64,000 nucleotides of DNA from Nitrospinaceae bacterium. Lineage in GTDB: Bacteria > Nitrospinota > Nitrospinia > Nitrospinales > VA-1. The notes beneath the pieces are model-generated. The model did no database searches. It saw nothing but the letters and a program-made list of their open reading frames with translations, and had not been told where the DNA came from. The stretch spans positions 59,614 to 123,613 of the forward strand of contig JBHHVU010000002.1 of assembly GCA_046754465.1 (NCBI GenBank), read 5' to 3'. How positions within the stretch are numbered: position 1 is the stretch's first letter; every line of letters starts with the position of its first letter. Of the stretch, positions 1 to 8,702 are shown piece by piece. Made by a program: the position numbers and the translations under genes.

Positions 1-132
1 AAAAGTGCTATAGTTTAAAACCACAATAAAATTAAGTGGTTATGCTTGGCAGGTTCATGGTCTTCCTTAAGTTTTTAAAGAACGTAACCCAAAGACATTT
101 CACATTTTCAGATCATTCGACAAGTGCCCTGA

Positions 133-1821
133 ATGTCCTTTCGCGCCCTTAAAAAATTTGCTTCGGTATTAATTTTTCTCCTTCCCTTGATTTGGATTGC
201 CCCGCCTGCGGCACAGGCCGGGAAAAAACACACCCGAACCGCCGAGGCCCTCTACCAGCAAGCCAAAAAAAAGTACTACGCCCTCGATAAATCCGTTAAA
301 CACCCGGCTCCCAGAGACCAGTGGGCGAAGGTTATCAACCGGTTCATGGCGGTATACGAGACCTATCCTACAAGCCCCCAGGCCTACAAGGCCCTTTTTA
401 CCGTGGCACGGTTGTTTGACAAGCTATACCCGATTTCACACTTTTCCCAAGATCGGGAAAGGGCGCTGCATTTTTACTATAAAGTGACTTCCGAGTTCCG
501 GGATGGGCGTTTGACCGATGATGCGTTGTTCTACCAGGGCGAAATTTTCCTCGGCCAGAAAAATTATGATTTCGCGATGTCGGCCTTTGAACACATCGTC
601 CGGGTTTATCCCCAAGGCGATCAAGCAGCGAAGGCGAGAAAACGAATTCAAGCCTTGAATGCAATGATACGGAAGGAGCCTTTCCTCCGGCAAGCGAGTA
701 CGGTGGAGGCCGTCCCTCCCGCCATTATCCGCCACGTGAGTTATGTCCGCCGTTCCCAATCCGTTCGCGTGGTGGTCCATACTAGCGGTCCGGTCGAGAT
801 ATCCCAAAACCGTTTGACTCATCCGGACCGGATCTATTTCAATTTTTTCAACGCCCGTCTGGGAGACACCCTGAAGAAGGACATTCATGTGGGCGACGAT
901 GTTCTTACCGGGATGCGGGTGAGCCGGTTCGCTAAAAATACGATCCGTCTGGTTTTGGATATCCGCCGGGGAGCGGGTTTAAAAATCACCACCTCGGATG
1001 GAAATGGAAAGTTTATCATTGACTTGTGGAAACCCGTCCCGAGAAAATTACGCTCCCTTCCTCCTAAAATTCCCAGCCCGGTTCAGGTGGTTCCCGTAGC
1101 CGCCCGCTCCAAACCCAAACCCGCAGTGAAAAAACATGTGCCCCTCATCGTGATCGATCCGGGCCACGGGGGGAAAGATTTTGGAGCTAAAAGCTCCCGC
1201 GGACTGTTTGAAAAAAACGTGAACCTGGCCATCGCCAAACGGGTGAGAAAGATTCTTGAAAGACGGTACAAATTCCGGGTCCTTATGACGCGTGAGGACG
1301 ACACCTTTATCTCACTCAAACACAGAGGTGAAATCGCGAATGAGAGGGATGCCGATCTGTTCGTTTCCATCCACGCCAACGCAGCCAGACGCCGGTCCGC
1401 CTACGGGATCGAGACCTATTATCTGGGAATCGCCAACGGTGAGCAGGCGCAGGAAACCGCAGCCAGGGAAAACGGCGAACTGGTGCATTCGGTTAAAGAT
1501 GATCAGGTCCAGCAAATCCTGGCGAATCTCATCAGTACCACCAAGATCAACGATTCCGCGTTGTTGGCGGGCCATGTTCAGGAACGGTTGTTCCGTTCCA
1601 TGAAAAAGAAGTATCCCGGCGTGAAAGATCTGGGGGTCAAGGAAGGTCCGTTTTTTGTCCTGCATGATACTTCTATGCCCAGCATTCTAATCGAGGTCGG
1701 GTTCTTGACCAATAAGCGGGAAGAGCGGAGATTGAAGAGTCCGGAGTACCTGGACCGGTTGGCGTTGGCCATCGCTAAGGGCATCTTCGGATTCACGCGG
1801 GACAAAGGACCCACGATTTAG
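133..1821 (+). CDS. N-acetylmuramoyl-L-alanine amidase, AmiC-like (signal peptide, TPR-like region, AMIN domain, Amidase_3 catalytic domain)
   Basis: 562-aa ORF with an N-terminal signal peptide (MSFRALKKFASVLIFLLPLIWIAPPAAQA). The catalytic block IVIDPGHGGKDFGA ... VSIHANA is typical of the Amidase_3 family. The preceding beta-rich segment resembles an AMIN domain. Confidence 0.8.
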   Translation: MSFRALKKFASVLIFLLPLIWIAPPAAQAGKKHTRTAEALYQQAKKKYYALDKSVKHPAPRDQWAKVINRFMAVYETYPTSPQAYKALFTVARLFDKLYPISHFSQDRERALHFYYKVTSEFRDGRLTDDALFYQGEIFLGQKNYDFAMSAFEHIVRVYPQGDQAAKARKRIQALNAMIRKEPFLRQASTVEAVPPAIIRHVSYVRRSQSVRVVVHTSGPVEISQNRLTHPDRIYFNFFNARLGDTLKKDIHVGDDVLTGMRVSRFAKNTIRLVLDIRRGAGLKITTSDGNGKFIIDLWKPVPRKLRSLPPKIPSPVQVVPVAARSKPKPAVKKHVPLIVIDPGHGGKDFGAKSSRGLFEKNVNLAIAKRVRKILERRYKFRVLMTREDDTFISLKHRGEIANERDADLFVSIHANAARRRSAYGIETYYLGIANGEQAQETAARENGELVHSVKDDQVQQILANLISTTKINDSALLAGHVQERLFRSMKKKYPGVKDLGVKEGPFFVLHDTSMPSILIEVGFLTNKREERRLKSPEYLDRLALAIAKGIFGFTRDKGPTI

Positions 1822-1834
1822 CGAGGTTCCCGAA

Positions 1835-3151
1835 ATGCCGGTCCCCGTTGTCGCCATTATCGGCAGGGCCAATGTGGGCAAATCCACCCTGTTCAACAAA
1901 CTGACCCGTAAAAGAACGGCGATCGTCAATGATACACCCGGCGTCACCCGCGACCGGATGTATGGGCGGACCGAGTGGTCCGGAAAACCCGTGATCGTGG
2001 TCGACACGGGGGGGATCGATTTCGAGGGAAAAACCGATTTAGAGCACCAGGTTCAGGAACAGGCCCGATTGGCCCAGGATGAGGCGGATGCCATCATTTT
2101 TGTCGTGGACCATCAGCGTGGCGTTACCCCACAGGACCGGGAGGTGATCGGGCAGGTGAGAAAATCGGGGAAACCCTTGTTCCTGGCCGTCAACAAGGTA
2201 GACCACCCCCGGCATGAGAATGGTGTTTACGAGTTTGCTCAATTGGGAGTGGAGCGGGTTTACCCGATCTCCGCCGAACACAGTTTGGGACTCGGCGGTT
2301 TGACCCAGGATATTGCCGGGGGATTTCCCGAAACGGAGCACCCGGAGAAAGCGCCCGACGCCATTCACGTGGCCATCGTCGGGAAACCCAATGCCGGTAA
2401 ATCCTCCCTGGTCAATAGGATTTTGAAGTCCGAGCGGTGTGTTGTCTCCGAGGTGCCAGGAACCACCCGGGACGCCGTGGACTCGCATTTGGTATACCAG
2501 GGAAAAAATTTCGTGCTCATCGACACCGCCGGGATCCGTCGGAAAGGAAGGACCCGCAAGTTGCTGGACAAGTTCAGCGTGATCATGGCGCTCAAGGCCC
2601 TCGACCGCTGTGACATCGCCGTCCTGGTCCTGGACGGGACAACCGGCATCACCGAGCAAGACGCGACCATCGCCGGTTACGCTTTTGAAAGGGGCAAAGG
2701 GTGCGTCATCGTGGCCACCAAGTGGGACCTGGTAAAAGAACGGTCTCGAGGGGCGTTTGAAGAGCTTGCGAGAGAAAAACTGCGGTTTCTTGAGTTCGCC
2801 CCCATTCTGACGGTCTCCGGAAAAACCGGACAGGGACTCAATAAACTGCTCAGCCACATCGGCCGGGTGTACGAGGAATATTCCAGGCGTATTCCCACCC
2901 GGCGGTTGAATGATTGTTTTGAACGGGCGATCCGGAAGAATCCAATGAGCAGTTACCGGGGAAAATTTTTGAAGATGTTTTACACCACGCAGGTAAAAAA
3001 TTGTCCCCCGACCTTCCGGTGTTTTGTAAATTATCCCCAGGGGATCCATTTTTCATATCGGCGTTATTTGACCAACAGCCTGCGCAAGGATTTCGGATTT
3101 TCCGGAACCCCGGTCCGCCTCCTGTTTTCCAGCCGCGATAAAGGTGATTGA
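1835..3151 (+). CDS. der: Ribosome-associated GTPase Der/EngA (tandem GTPase domains + KH-like C-terminus)
   Basis: Two P-loops (GRANVGKST and GKPNAGKSS). Conserved C-terminal block YYTTQV..PPTF..FVN.P..HFSYRRYLTN matches Der/EngA. Confidence 0.93.
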   Translation: MPVPVVAIIGRANVGKSTLFNKLTRKRTAIVNDTPGVTRDRMYGRTEWSGKPVIVVDTGGIDFEGKTDLEHQVQEQARLAQDEADAIIFVVDHQRGVTPQDREVIGQVRKSGKPLFLAVNKVDHPRHENGVYEFAQLGVERVYPISAEHSLGLGGLTQDIAGGFPETEHPEKAPDAIHVAIVGKPNAGKSSLVNRILKSERCVVSEVPGTTRDAVDSHLVYQGKNFVLIDTAGIRRKGRTRKLLDKFSVIMALKALDRCDIAVLVLDGTTGITEQDATIAGYAFERGKGCVIVATKWDLVKERSRGAFEELAREKLRFLEFAPILTVSGKTGQGLNKLLSHIGRVYEEYSRRIPTRRLNDCFERAIRKNPMSSYRGKFLKMFYTTQVKNCPPTFRCFVNYPQGIHFSYRRYLTNSLRKDFGFSGTPVRLLFSSRDKGD

Positions 3152-5549
3152 ACGCATGACGGGCACCAGGGAATTCAATATTGTAAAAGGTCACAATTAC
3201 CGGATTCTTGAGGCCAGGGGGTTTGACAGCATTGTGTTTGGCTGCCCTCCCGGCATGGTCAAGGATTTCGCGAGAAACGACCGGCCGCTGCCCCGCCATT
3301 ACGTGATTCCCATCCGCACCTTTATAAAGGGGAAAAATAATTTCGATTTTGAGTTCATCATTTACAGTTTTTTGTTTTTCAAAAAGCGGAAGTTGAAAAT
3401 ATCCGTTTACTGTTCCAGGGACCAGAAAACCCGTTTTAAAAATATCCTGAATGAAACCCTTTTCGGTCCCCGGTTCAGATACCTTCTACAGGCCCAGTTC
3501 AGGAAATTTTGCGTCCGCAAGAAGTTTTCTCCCCGGGATTTGGAGCGTTTCGATACCTTCCTATCCCGGATGGCGGCCGATAAGAAATTGTTCAACCGGT
3601 TCAGCCATCTCCTGAAAATCCATGCCGGCGACCCAGCCATCACTCGAACCATCCGGGAATATTTTGAAGAACTGATTCAAGGCGAAAGGTGGCTCAAACA
3701 AAAAAAGATCCCTCGCCTGGCAGGCGATCTAGCGCACCATTACATCATTTGCGCCCAATTGAAAAAGGAGATGGACCTGTTTTCCCTGGCGGACGAAAAA
3801 GGCCGGGATCGATTTCTCAATAATCTGATCGATTTTTATGAGCTGGACCTGGATAAATCGGTGACGGTACCGGGCAAAAAGGATAAGAGAAAAAAAATCA
3901 AAATCGTCCAGAGGCGCCCGTCGGCCTTTGAAATTATCAGCAAAAATAAAAAACTGGGTTCCATCGATATCAGCCATCTGGATCCTCCCGAGTTCCTGGA
4001 CGATTTCCAACTGGTGGAAAAACCGTTCATGGGGGTGACCTTTTTGGGCGTCGGTTCCGGATTTACCCCGAAACGGAGAAACAGTTGCCTGATCGCTTGG
4101 TCGGAGGGAAAAGGCATCATGGTCGACGCTGTTTCCGACAGCTCCCGGGTCGCCCTGAACCATGGAATCACCGAAAATGACATCCTTTACATTTTTTTGA
4201 CCCATGTCCATTCCGATCACGATGCGGGACTGGCGGAACTGATCCTCTCAGGTCAGAGAATCAAAGTCATCTCCAGCCGGATTATTTTTGAAAGTTTTTT
4301 GAGGAAGCTGGAGGCCCTTACCTGTCTGCCCATCCGGATTGTTGAAGAATTTATCGATTTTCTGGAAGTGGAACCTCATAAAAAAATCCGGCTTCCCGGT
4401 TTCGACCATACCTACTTCGAGTTCGATTATTCCCTGCACTCTATTCCAACGGGCCGGTTCCGGCTGATCTATAAGGATCCCACCGGCAAACAAACGGTGA
4501 TCAGCCATTCCGGGGATACCAAGTACGACGTGGAAAACATCCATCAATGGTATCGAGAGGGAATTTTTTCCAGGAAGCGGCGGGATGAGGTTCTCGGCTT
4601 CATTTGGGACGCGGACCTCATCCTTCACGACGTAGGCGGCGGATTCCTCCACACCCGGCTGGAATCCCTGGAATCTCTGGACGAATCGGTGAAAGAAAAA
4701 CTAGTGCTTGTCCATCAGCATCAAGATCCCAAACCGCACCCAGAATTTCATTTCGGCGCGGAGGGGCAGACCAGGGTTTTGATCCGCCCACCCCGGGTGG
4801 CCCCTTCGGGCGATGTCGATACCATAAAAAAGGTGGCCTTGTTCAAGGCGCTGAAAAAACAGGATCTGCTGGCCATGCTCCACAATTCGGAGGTGGTGCT
4901 TTTCCAGGCCGACGAGATTGTGTTTTCCCAGAATGATCTTGGCGATGACTTTTATGTCATATTGGAAGGCTTCGCGGAAATTATCATCGACGGCAGGGCG
5001 TTTGCCATCTATGAAAAAGGCAAGCTTTTCGGGGAACTGGCGGTGAGCACGGGCGACCCCCGGCGGCGGGCTACCATTAAAGCTAAATCGCCCTTGACCC
5101 TGCTGCGGATTCCCAGCGGGTTGTACCATAAATTCAATCTTCCCAAGGTCCACGATAATTTTTACAATATGCGTAATTATTTTTCAGAGGCCGTGCACCC
5201 CAGCCTGATCGCCTCCCTGGCGTTTGGTAAAATCATACACTGGAGCCAAAAGGATTGTATTCTTTCCAGGAATTCCGATCCCCGGGAAGTGCACATCATT
5301 CTTTCCGGACAGGTGGCGATTACCCATCGCGATTCGAACGATTCGGTTTTCCTTTCCCGGGGAGATGTCATCGGCAAAACCGGGGAAATGAAAACATTGC
5401 GGGGCCACGTTTCGGCTTGGGCGCATACGGAGGATGTGTATACTATCCGCATGAACCAGAACGAAATGGAGCGCGTGTTTAAAATGTTTCCATCTTTTCA
5501 TGGTACGATGTATCAAAAAATCAAGAAACTGGAGGCGCGTTTGGTTTGA
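3144..5549 (+). CDS. Multidomain protein: unknown N-terminal domain + MBL-fold metallo-hydrolase + two cyclic-nucleotide-binding (CNB) domains; putative cNMP-regulated hydrolase or phosphodiesterase
   Basis: MBL motif LTHVHSDHDAGL (HxHxDH). The first CNB domain has a canonical phosphate-binding cassette (FGELAVSTGDPRRRATIKA); the second is degenerate. Start is GTG at 3144, overlapping the der stop, or ATG at 3156, 4 nt after it. Confidence 0.6.
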   Translation: MIERMTGTREFNIVKGHNYRILEARGFDSIVFGCPPGMVKDFARNDRPLPRHYVIPIRTFIKGKNNFDFEFIIYSFLFFKKRKLKISVYCSRDQKTRFKNILNETLFGPRFRYLLQAQFRKFCVRKKFSPRDLERFDTFLSRMAADKKLFNRFSHLLKIHAGDPAITRTIREYFEELIQGERWLKQKKIPRLAGDLAHHYIICAQLKKEMDLFSLADEKGRDRFLNNLIDFYELDLDKSVTVPGKKDKRKKIKIVQRRPSAFEIISKNKKLGSIDISHLDPPEFLDDFQLVEKPFMGVTFLGVGSGFTPKRRNSCLIAWSEGKGIMVDAVSDSSRVALNHGITENDILYIFLTHVHSDHDAGLAELILSGQRIKVISSRIIFESFLRKLEALTCLPIRIVEEFIDFLEVEPHKKIRLPGFDHTYFEFDYSLHSIPTGRFRLIYKDPTGKQTVISHSGDTKYDVENIHQWYREGIFSRKRRDEVLGFIWDADLILHDVGGGFLHTRLESLESLDESVKEKLVLVHQHQDPKPHPEFHFGAEGQTRVLIRPPRVAPSGDVDTIKKVALFKALKKQDLLAMLHNSEVVLFQADEIVFSQNDLGDDFYVILEGFAEIIIDGRAFAIYEKGKLFGELAVSTGDPRRRATIKAKSPLTLLRIPSGLYHKFNLPKVHDNFYNMRNYFSEAVHPSLIASLAFGKIIHWSQKDCILSRNSDPREVHIILSGQVAITHRDSNDSVFLSRGDVIGKTGEMKTLRGHVSAWAHTEDVYTIRMNQNEMERVFKMFPSFHGTMYQKIKKLEARLV

Positions 5550-5677
5550 TTCGGCCAAGCTGAAAAACCTGGACCGTGAATCCGGATCCTTTTTGGAATC
5601 GGCGTTCCTCGGTTCCGGCGGGGACAGAATAGCCTTATAACCCAGGCAGTATTGTGTGACATCCCTTTTCCCAGAGG

Positions 5678-7774
5678 TTGAAGATGAAACAGTTCAAACT
5701 GCAGGAAATCAGAAATGTTGGGCTCATTGGTCATGGGGGTTCCGGAAAGACTTCGGTTGCGGAAGCGATTCTTTACGCATCGGGAGTATCGGACCGATTG
5801 GGAAAGGCTGGCGACAGTACGTCGATCATGGATTATGATCAGGATGAAATCAAGCGGGGCCACACGATCACCGCCTCACTCGCGTTTTGTGAGTGGAACA
5901 AACACAAGATCAATGTACTCGATACGCCCGGGGACAACAACTTCATCGCCGATACCCCCGCCTGCATCAAGGTCATCGATGGCACGGTCCTGGTTATCGG
6001 GGCCGATGACGGCGTGCAGTTCTACACCGAAAAAGGCTGGCATTGGTCGGATCAACAAGGGCTTCTTAGAATCGTTTTCCTCAATAAAATGGATCATGAC
6101 CGGGCCAGCCCCGGACCCGTTTTGGAATCCATTAAGAAAAAATTCAAAACCAATCCGGTGTTTCTGCAGGTGCCCATCGGGGAGGGGGAGCATTTTTCCG
6201 GAATGGTGGACTTGGTCGAGAACAAATGCTACACCTATGAAAAAGGCGGCAAGGGAATGGGAAAAGCGGGGGATATCCCCGCGGAGATTCAGGATACCGT
6301 GGAGACCCGCCGGGCCGAACTCATCGAGGCCGTGGCCGAGGTGGATGACGATTTGATCGAGATTTATCTGGACAAGGGGGAACTTTCCGAGGAAGAGTTC
6401 CATAACGGTTTGAAAAGTGGAATCAAGGAGGGGAAACTGGTGCCGGTATTGTGTGGCTCCGGTCTTCTCAATATGGGGATCGATCTTTTATTGAATGCCA
6501 TCGTCGATTTCTTTCCCTCTCCCGATGTCCGTCCACCCGTAAAAGGAAAATCCCCCAAGGACCATTCCGAGATTACGCTGGGTCCCGATTCCAAGGAACC
6601 CTCCGCCCTGGTGTTCAAAACCATCGCCGATCCCTATGCGGGCAAATTGACCCTGTTCAGGGTGTATTCCGGTTGCATCAAAGCCGATTCCAGTGTTTAT
6701 AATGCTACCAAGGAGTCCAACGAGAGGGTGGGACAGTTGTTCATGCTCCAGGGGAAAAAACAGGTTCCCGTCCCGGAGGTCCCCGCGGGGGAAATTGGAG
6801 CCGTCGCGAAATTGAAAGTCACGTCCACCGGCGATACCCTGTGCGATTCCGCGAACCCGGTGGTTTTTGATCCGATCACCTTCCCCCTGCCTGTCTTTGC
6901 CCAGGCCGTCCTTCCCAAAACCCGGGCGGATGAAGAAAAAATAAGCACCGCGTTAAATCGCCTGTCCGAAGAGGATCCCACCCTGAAAATCGAGCGTAAC
7001 GCCCAAACCCATGAATTGTTGATTTCGGGAATGGGACAGCTTCACCTGGATGTGGTCATCGATCGCCTGAAAAAAAGATTCGGGGTGGAGGTGGAGGTGA
7101 AACCTCCCAAGGTTCCCTACCAGGAGACCCTCCGGGGAAGAACGAAGGTTCAAGGTAAATATAAAAAGCAGACCGGGGGTCGGGGGCAGTATGGAGATAC
7201 CTGGCTGGAAATTTGCCCCCTCGAACGGGGGGCGGGGTTTGTCTTCGAGGATAAAATCGTCGGCGGCGCCATTCCCAAAACCTATATTCCCGCCGTCGAA
7301 AAGGGGATTCAGGAAGCCATGGCTCAGGGGGTCATCGCCCATTACCCCATGGTCGATGTGAAAGTCACGCTCTACGATGGGTCGTACCACGATGTGGATT
7401 CCTCGGAAATGGCTTTCAAAATAGCCGGGTCCCTGGGATTCAAAAAGGGTGTCCTGGATTGCAAACCCACCCTCCTCGAACCAATCATGAATATGCAGGT
7501 CATTATTCCCAGTGAATATGTGGGCGACGTCATGGGAGATCTGAATTCCAAGCGCGGAAAAATACAGGGCATCGACGCGGATGATGACAACCAGACCATC
7601 CAGGTCCGAGTTCCCATGGCGGAAGTTTTGAATTACGCCGCCGACCTCCGGTCCCTGACCAGCGGGCGCGGAATGTTTTTGATGGAGTTTGACCATTATG
7701 AAGAAGTGCCGGAACATCTTTCAAAAAAGCTGATCGACGAGGCGAATAAAAATTACGCCAAAGATAAGGAATAA
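5678..7774 (+). CDS. Elongation factor G paralog (EF-G2-like translational GTPase)
   Basis: 698 aa with a GTPase N-terminus. Domain IV block GGRGQYGDTWLEICPLERGAGFVFEDKIVGGAIPKTYIPAVEKGIQEAM ... VTLYDGSYHDVDSSEMAFKIAGS is EF-G-like. The P-loop GHGGSGKTS is atypical for canonical FusA (AHIDAGKTT). RBS GAGGT lies upstream. Confidence 0.8.
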   Translation: MKMKQFKLQEIRNVGLIGHGGSGKTSVAEAILYASGVSDRLGKAGDSTSIMDYDQDEIKRGHTITASLAFCEWNKHKINVLDTPGDNNFIADTPACIKVIDGTVLVIGADDGVQFYTEKGWHWSDQQGLLRIVFLNKMDHDRASPGPVLESIKKKFKTNPVFLQVPIGEGEHFSGMVDLVENKCYTYEKGGKGMGKAGDIPAEIQDTVETRRAELIEAVAEVDDDLIEIYLDKGELSEEEFHNGLKSGIKEGKLVPVLCGSGLLNMGIDLLLNAIVDFFPSPDVRPPVKGKSPKDHSEITLGPDSKEPSALVFKTIADPYAGKLTLFRVYSGCIKADSSVYNATKESNERVGQLFMLQGKKQVPVPEVPAGEIGAVAKLKVTSTGDTLCDSANPVVFDPITFPLPVFAQAVLPKTRADEEKISTALNRLSEEDPTLKIERNAQTHELLISGMGQLHLDVVIDRLKKRFGVEVEVKPPKVPYQETLRGRTKVQGKYKKQTGGRGQYGDTWLEICPLERGAGFVFEDKIVGGAIPKTYIPAVEKGIQEAMAQGVIAHYPMVDVKVTLYDGSYHDVDSSEMAFKIAGSLGFKKGVLDCKPTLLEPIMNMQVIIPSEYVGDVMGDLNSKRGKIQGIDADDDNQTIQVRVPMAEVLNYAADLRSLTSGRGMFLMEFDHYEEVPEHLSKKLIDEANKNYAKDKE

Positions 7775-7836
7775 CATTTTCGGATTTCCCTTCGTTTCGA
7801 ATCATTTCACCCTGTAATCGCCGAGGGATCACGATT

Positions 7837-8166
7837 ATGAATATCCCAAAACCTAACGGAACGCTGATCAAATCGGATTTGGTCGATCGTGTTTATGAAA
7901 AGGTGGGGTTCACCCGCCAGGAGGCGATGGAAGCCGTGGAAATCCTGTTCCGGGAGATCAAGTTCGTCCTTGCCAGGGGCGAGAGTGTGCGCATTCCCAG
8001 GTTCGCCCAATTTTACACGAAAGTAAAAAAGGCCAGGAATGCCAGGAATCCCAAAACGGGAATTCCCATACAAATCCGATCGAGAACCGTGTTGGCATTT
8101 AAACCGAGCAAACAGCTTTTATTGTCCATCGATCGTAATCCCCATGTCCCCAACCATTCCGGATAA
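7837..8166 (+). CDS. IHF/HU family DNA-binding protein (IHF-alpha-like)
   Basis: 109 aa. The block [47 protein letters not shown] matches the HU/IHF beta-arm consensus (R.PKTGE.I.I.AR.V..FKP). The C-terminal tail overlaps the next gene. Confidence 0.75.
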   Translation: MNIPKPNGTLIKSDLVDRVYEKVGFTRQEAMEAVEILFREIKFVLARGESVRIPRFAQFYTKVKKARNARNPKTGIPIQIRSRTVLAFKPSKQLLLSIDRNPHVPNHSG

Positions 8167-8506
8167 ACTTTTTTTTAAGATCGGCGAGGTCGCAGAGATC
8201 TCCGGGGTTGAACAACATGTCCTCCGCTATTGGGAGGATGAATTCGATACCCTCAAACCCGATAAGAACCGCGCGGGACAAAGGCTGTACAAGAGAAAAG
8301 ACGTTGAGCTGGTCCTGGAGATCAAGCGGCTGCTTTACCGGGAAAAATTTACCATTGCCGGGGCTAAAAAAAAATTGAAAGAAAGCAAAAAGAAGAGCCA
8401 GCAAATGGACATCGCTTTCGACCGGGACACCTTCGTCGGTTGGAAAAAGAAGGTTCAAAAGGAACTCCGATCGATTTTGAATATTATCGACCATGGAAAA
8501 CCATGA
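8144..8506 (+). CDS. MerR family transcriptional regulator
   Basis: [24 protein letters not shown] is a MerR-type HTH signature. ORF 8039..8506 trimmed to the internal ATG at 8144; the upstream part overlaps the IHF gene and looks non-coding. Confidence 0.75.
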   Translation: MSPTIPDKLFFKIGEVAEISGVEQHVLRYWEDEFDTLKPDKNRAGQRLYKRKDVELVLEIKRLLYREKFTIAGAKKKLKESKKKSQQMDIAFDRDTFVGWKKKVQKELRSILNIIDHGKP

Positions 8507-8702
8507 CCGTTCCCGGGGTGTGAGTGGCCATGCGGTTCCCCAATACCCCTGGGGAAAGAGGGAACCCGGTCTTTCCCGCGAAGTGTTCTTTCATTAAAAC
8601 CCATCCTGTTTCATTCATCGAATTTCCCAGGCACGGCTTTCGTTCCCTGTCCGGAAACGGTGTCACCATCGTAACCCGGTGTTTTTTTGTTGAGGAGATA
8701 CC

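Noticed and set aside
3144-5549. Idea that the tandem-CNB protein is a Pycsar/CBASS-type effector
   Set aside because: There is no adjacent nucleotide cyclase, no TIR or TM effector domain, and the gene is embedded in housekeeping genes (der, EF-G) rather than a defence island.
8039-8143. N-terminal extension of the MerR ORF ([21 protein letters not shown]...)
   Set aside because: It overlaps the C-terminus of the IHF-like gene in another frame and has no HTH features. The internal ATG at 8144 gives a canonical MerR N-terminus.
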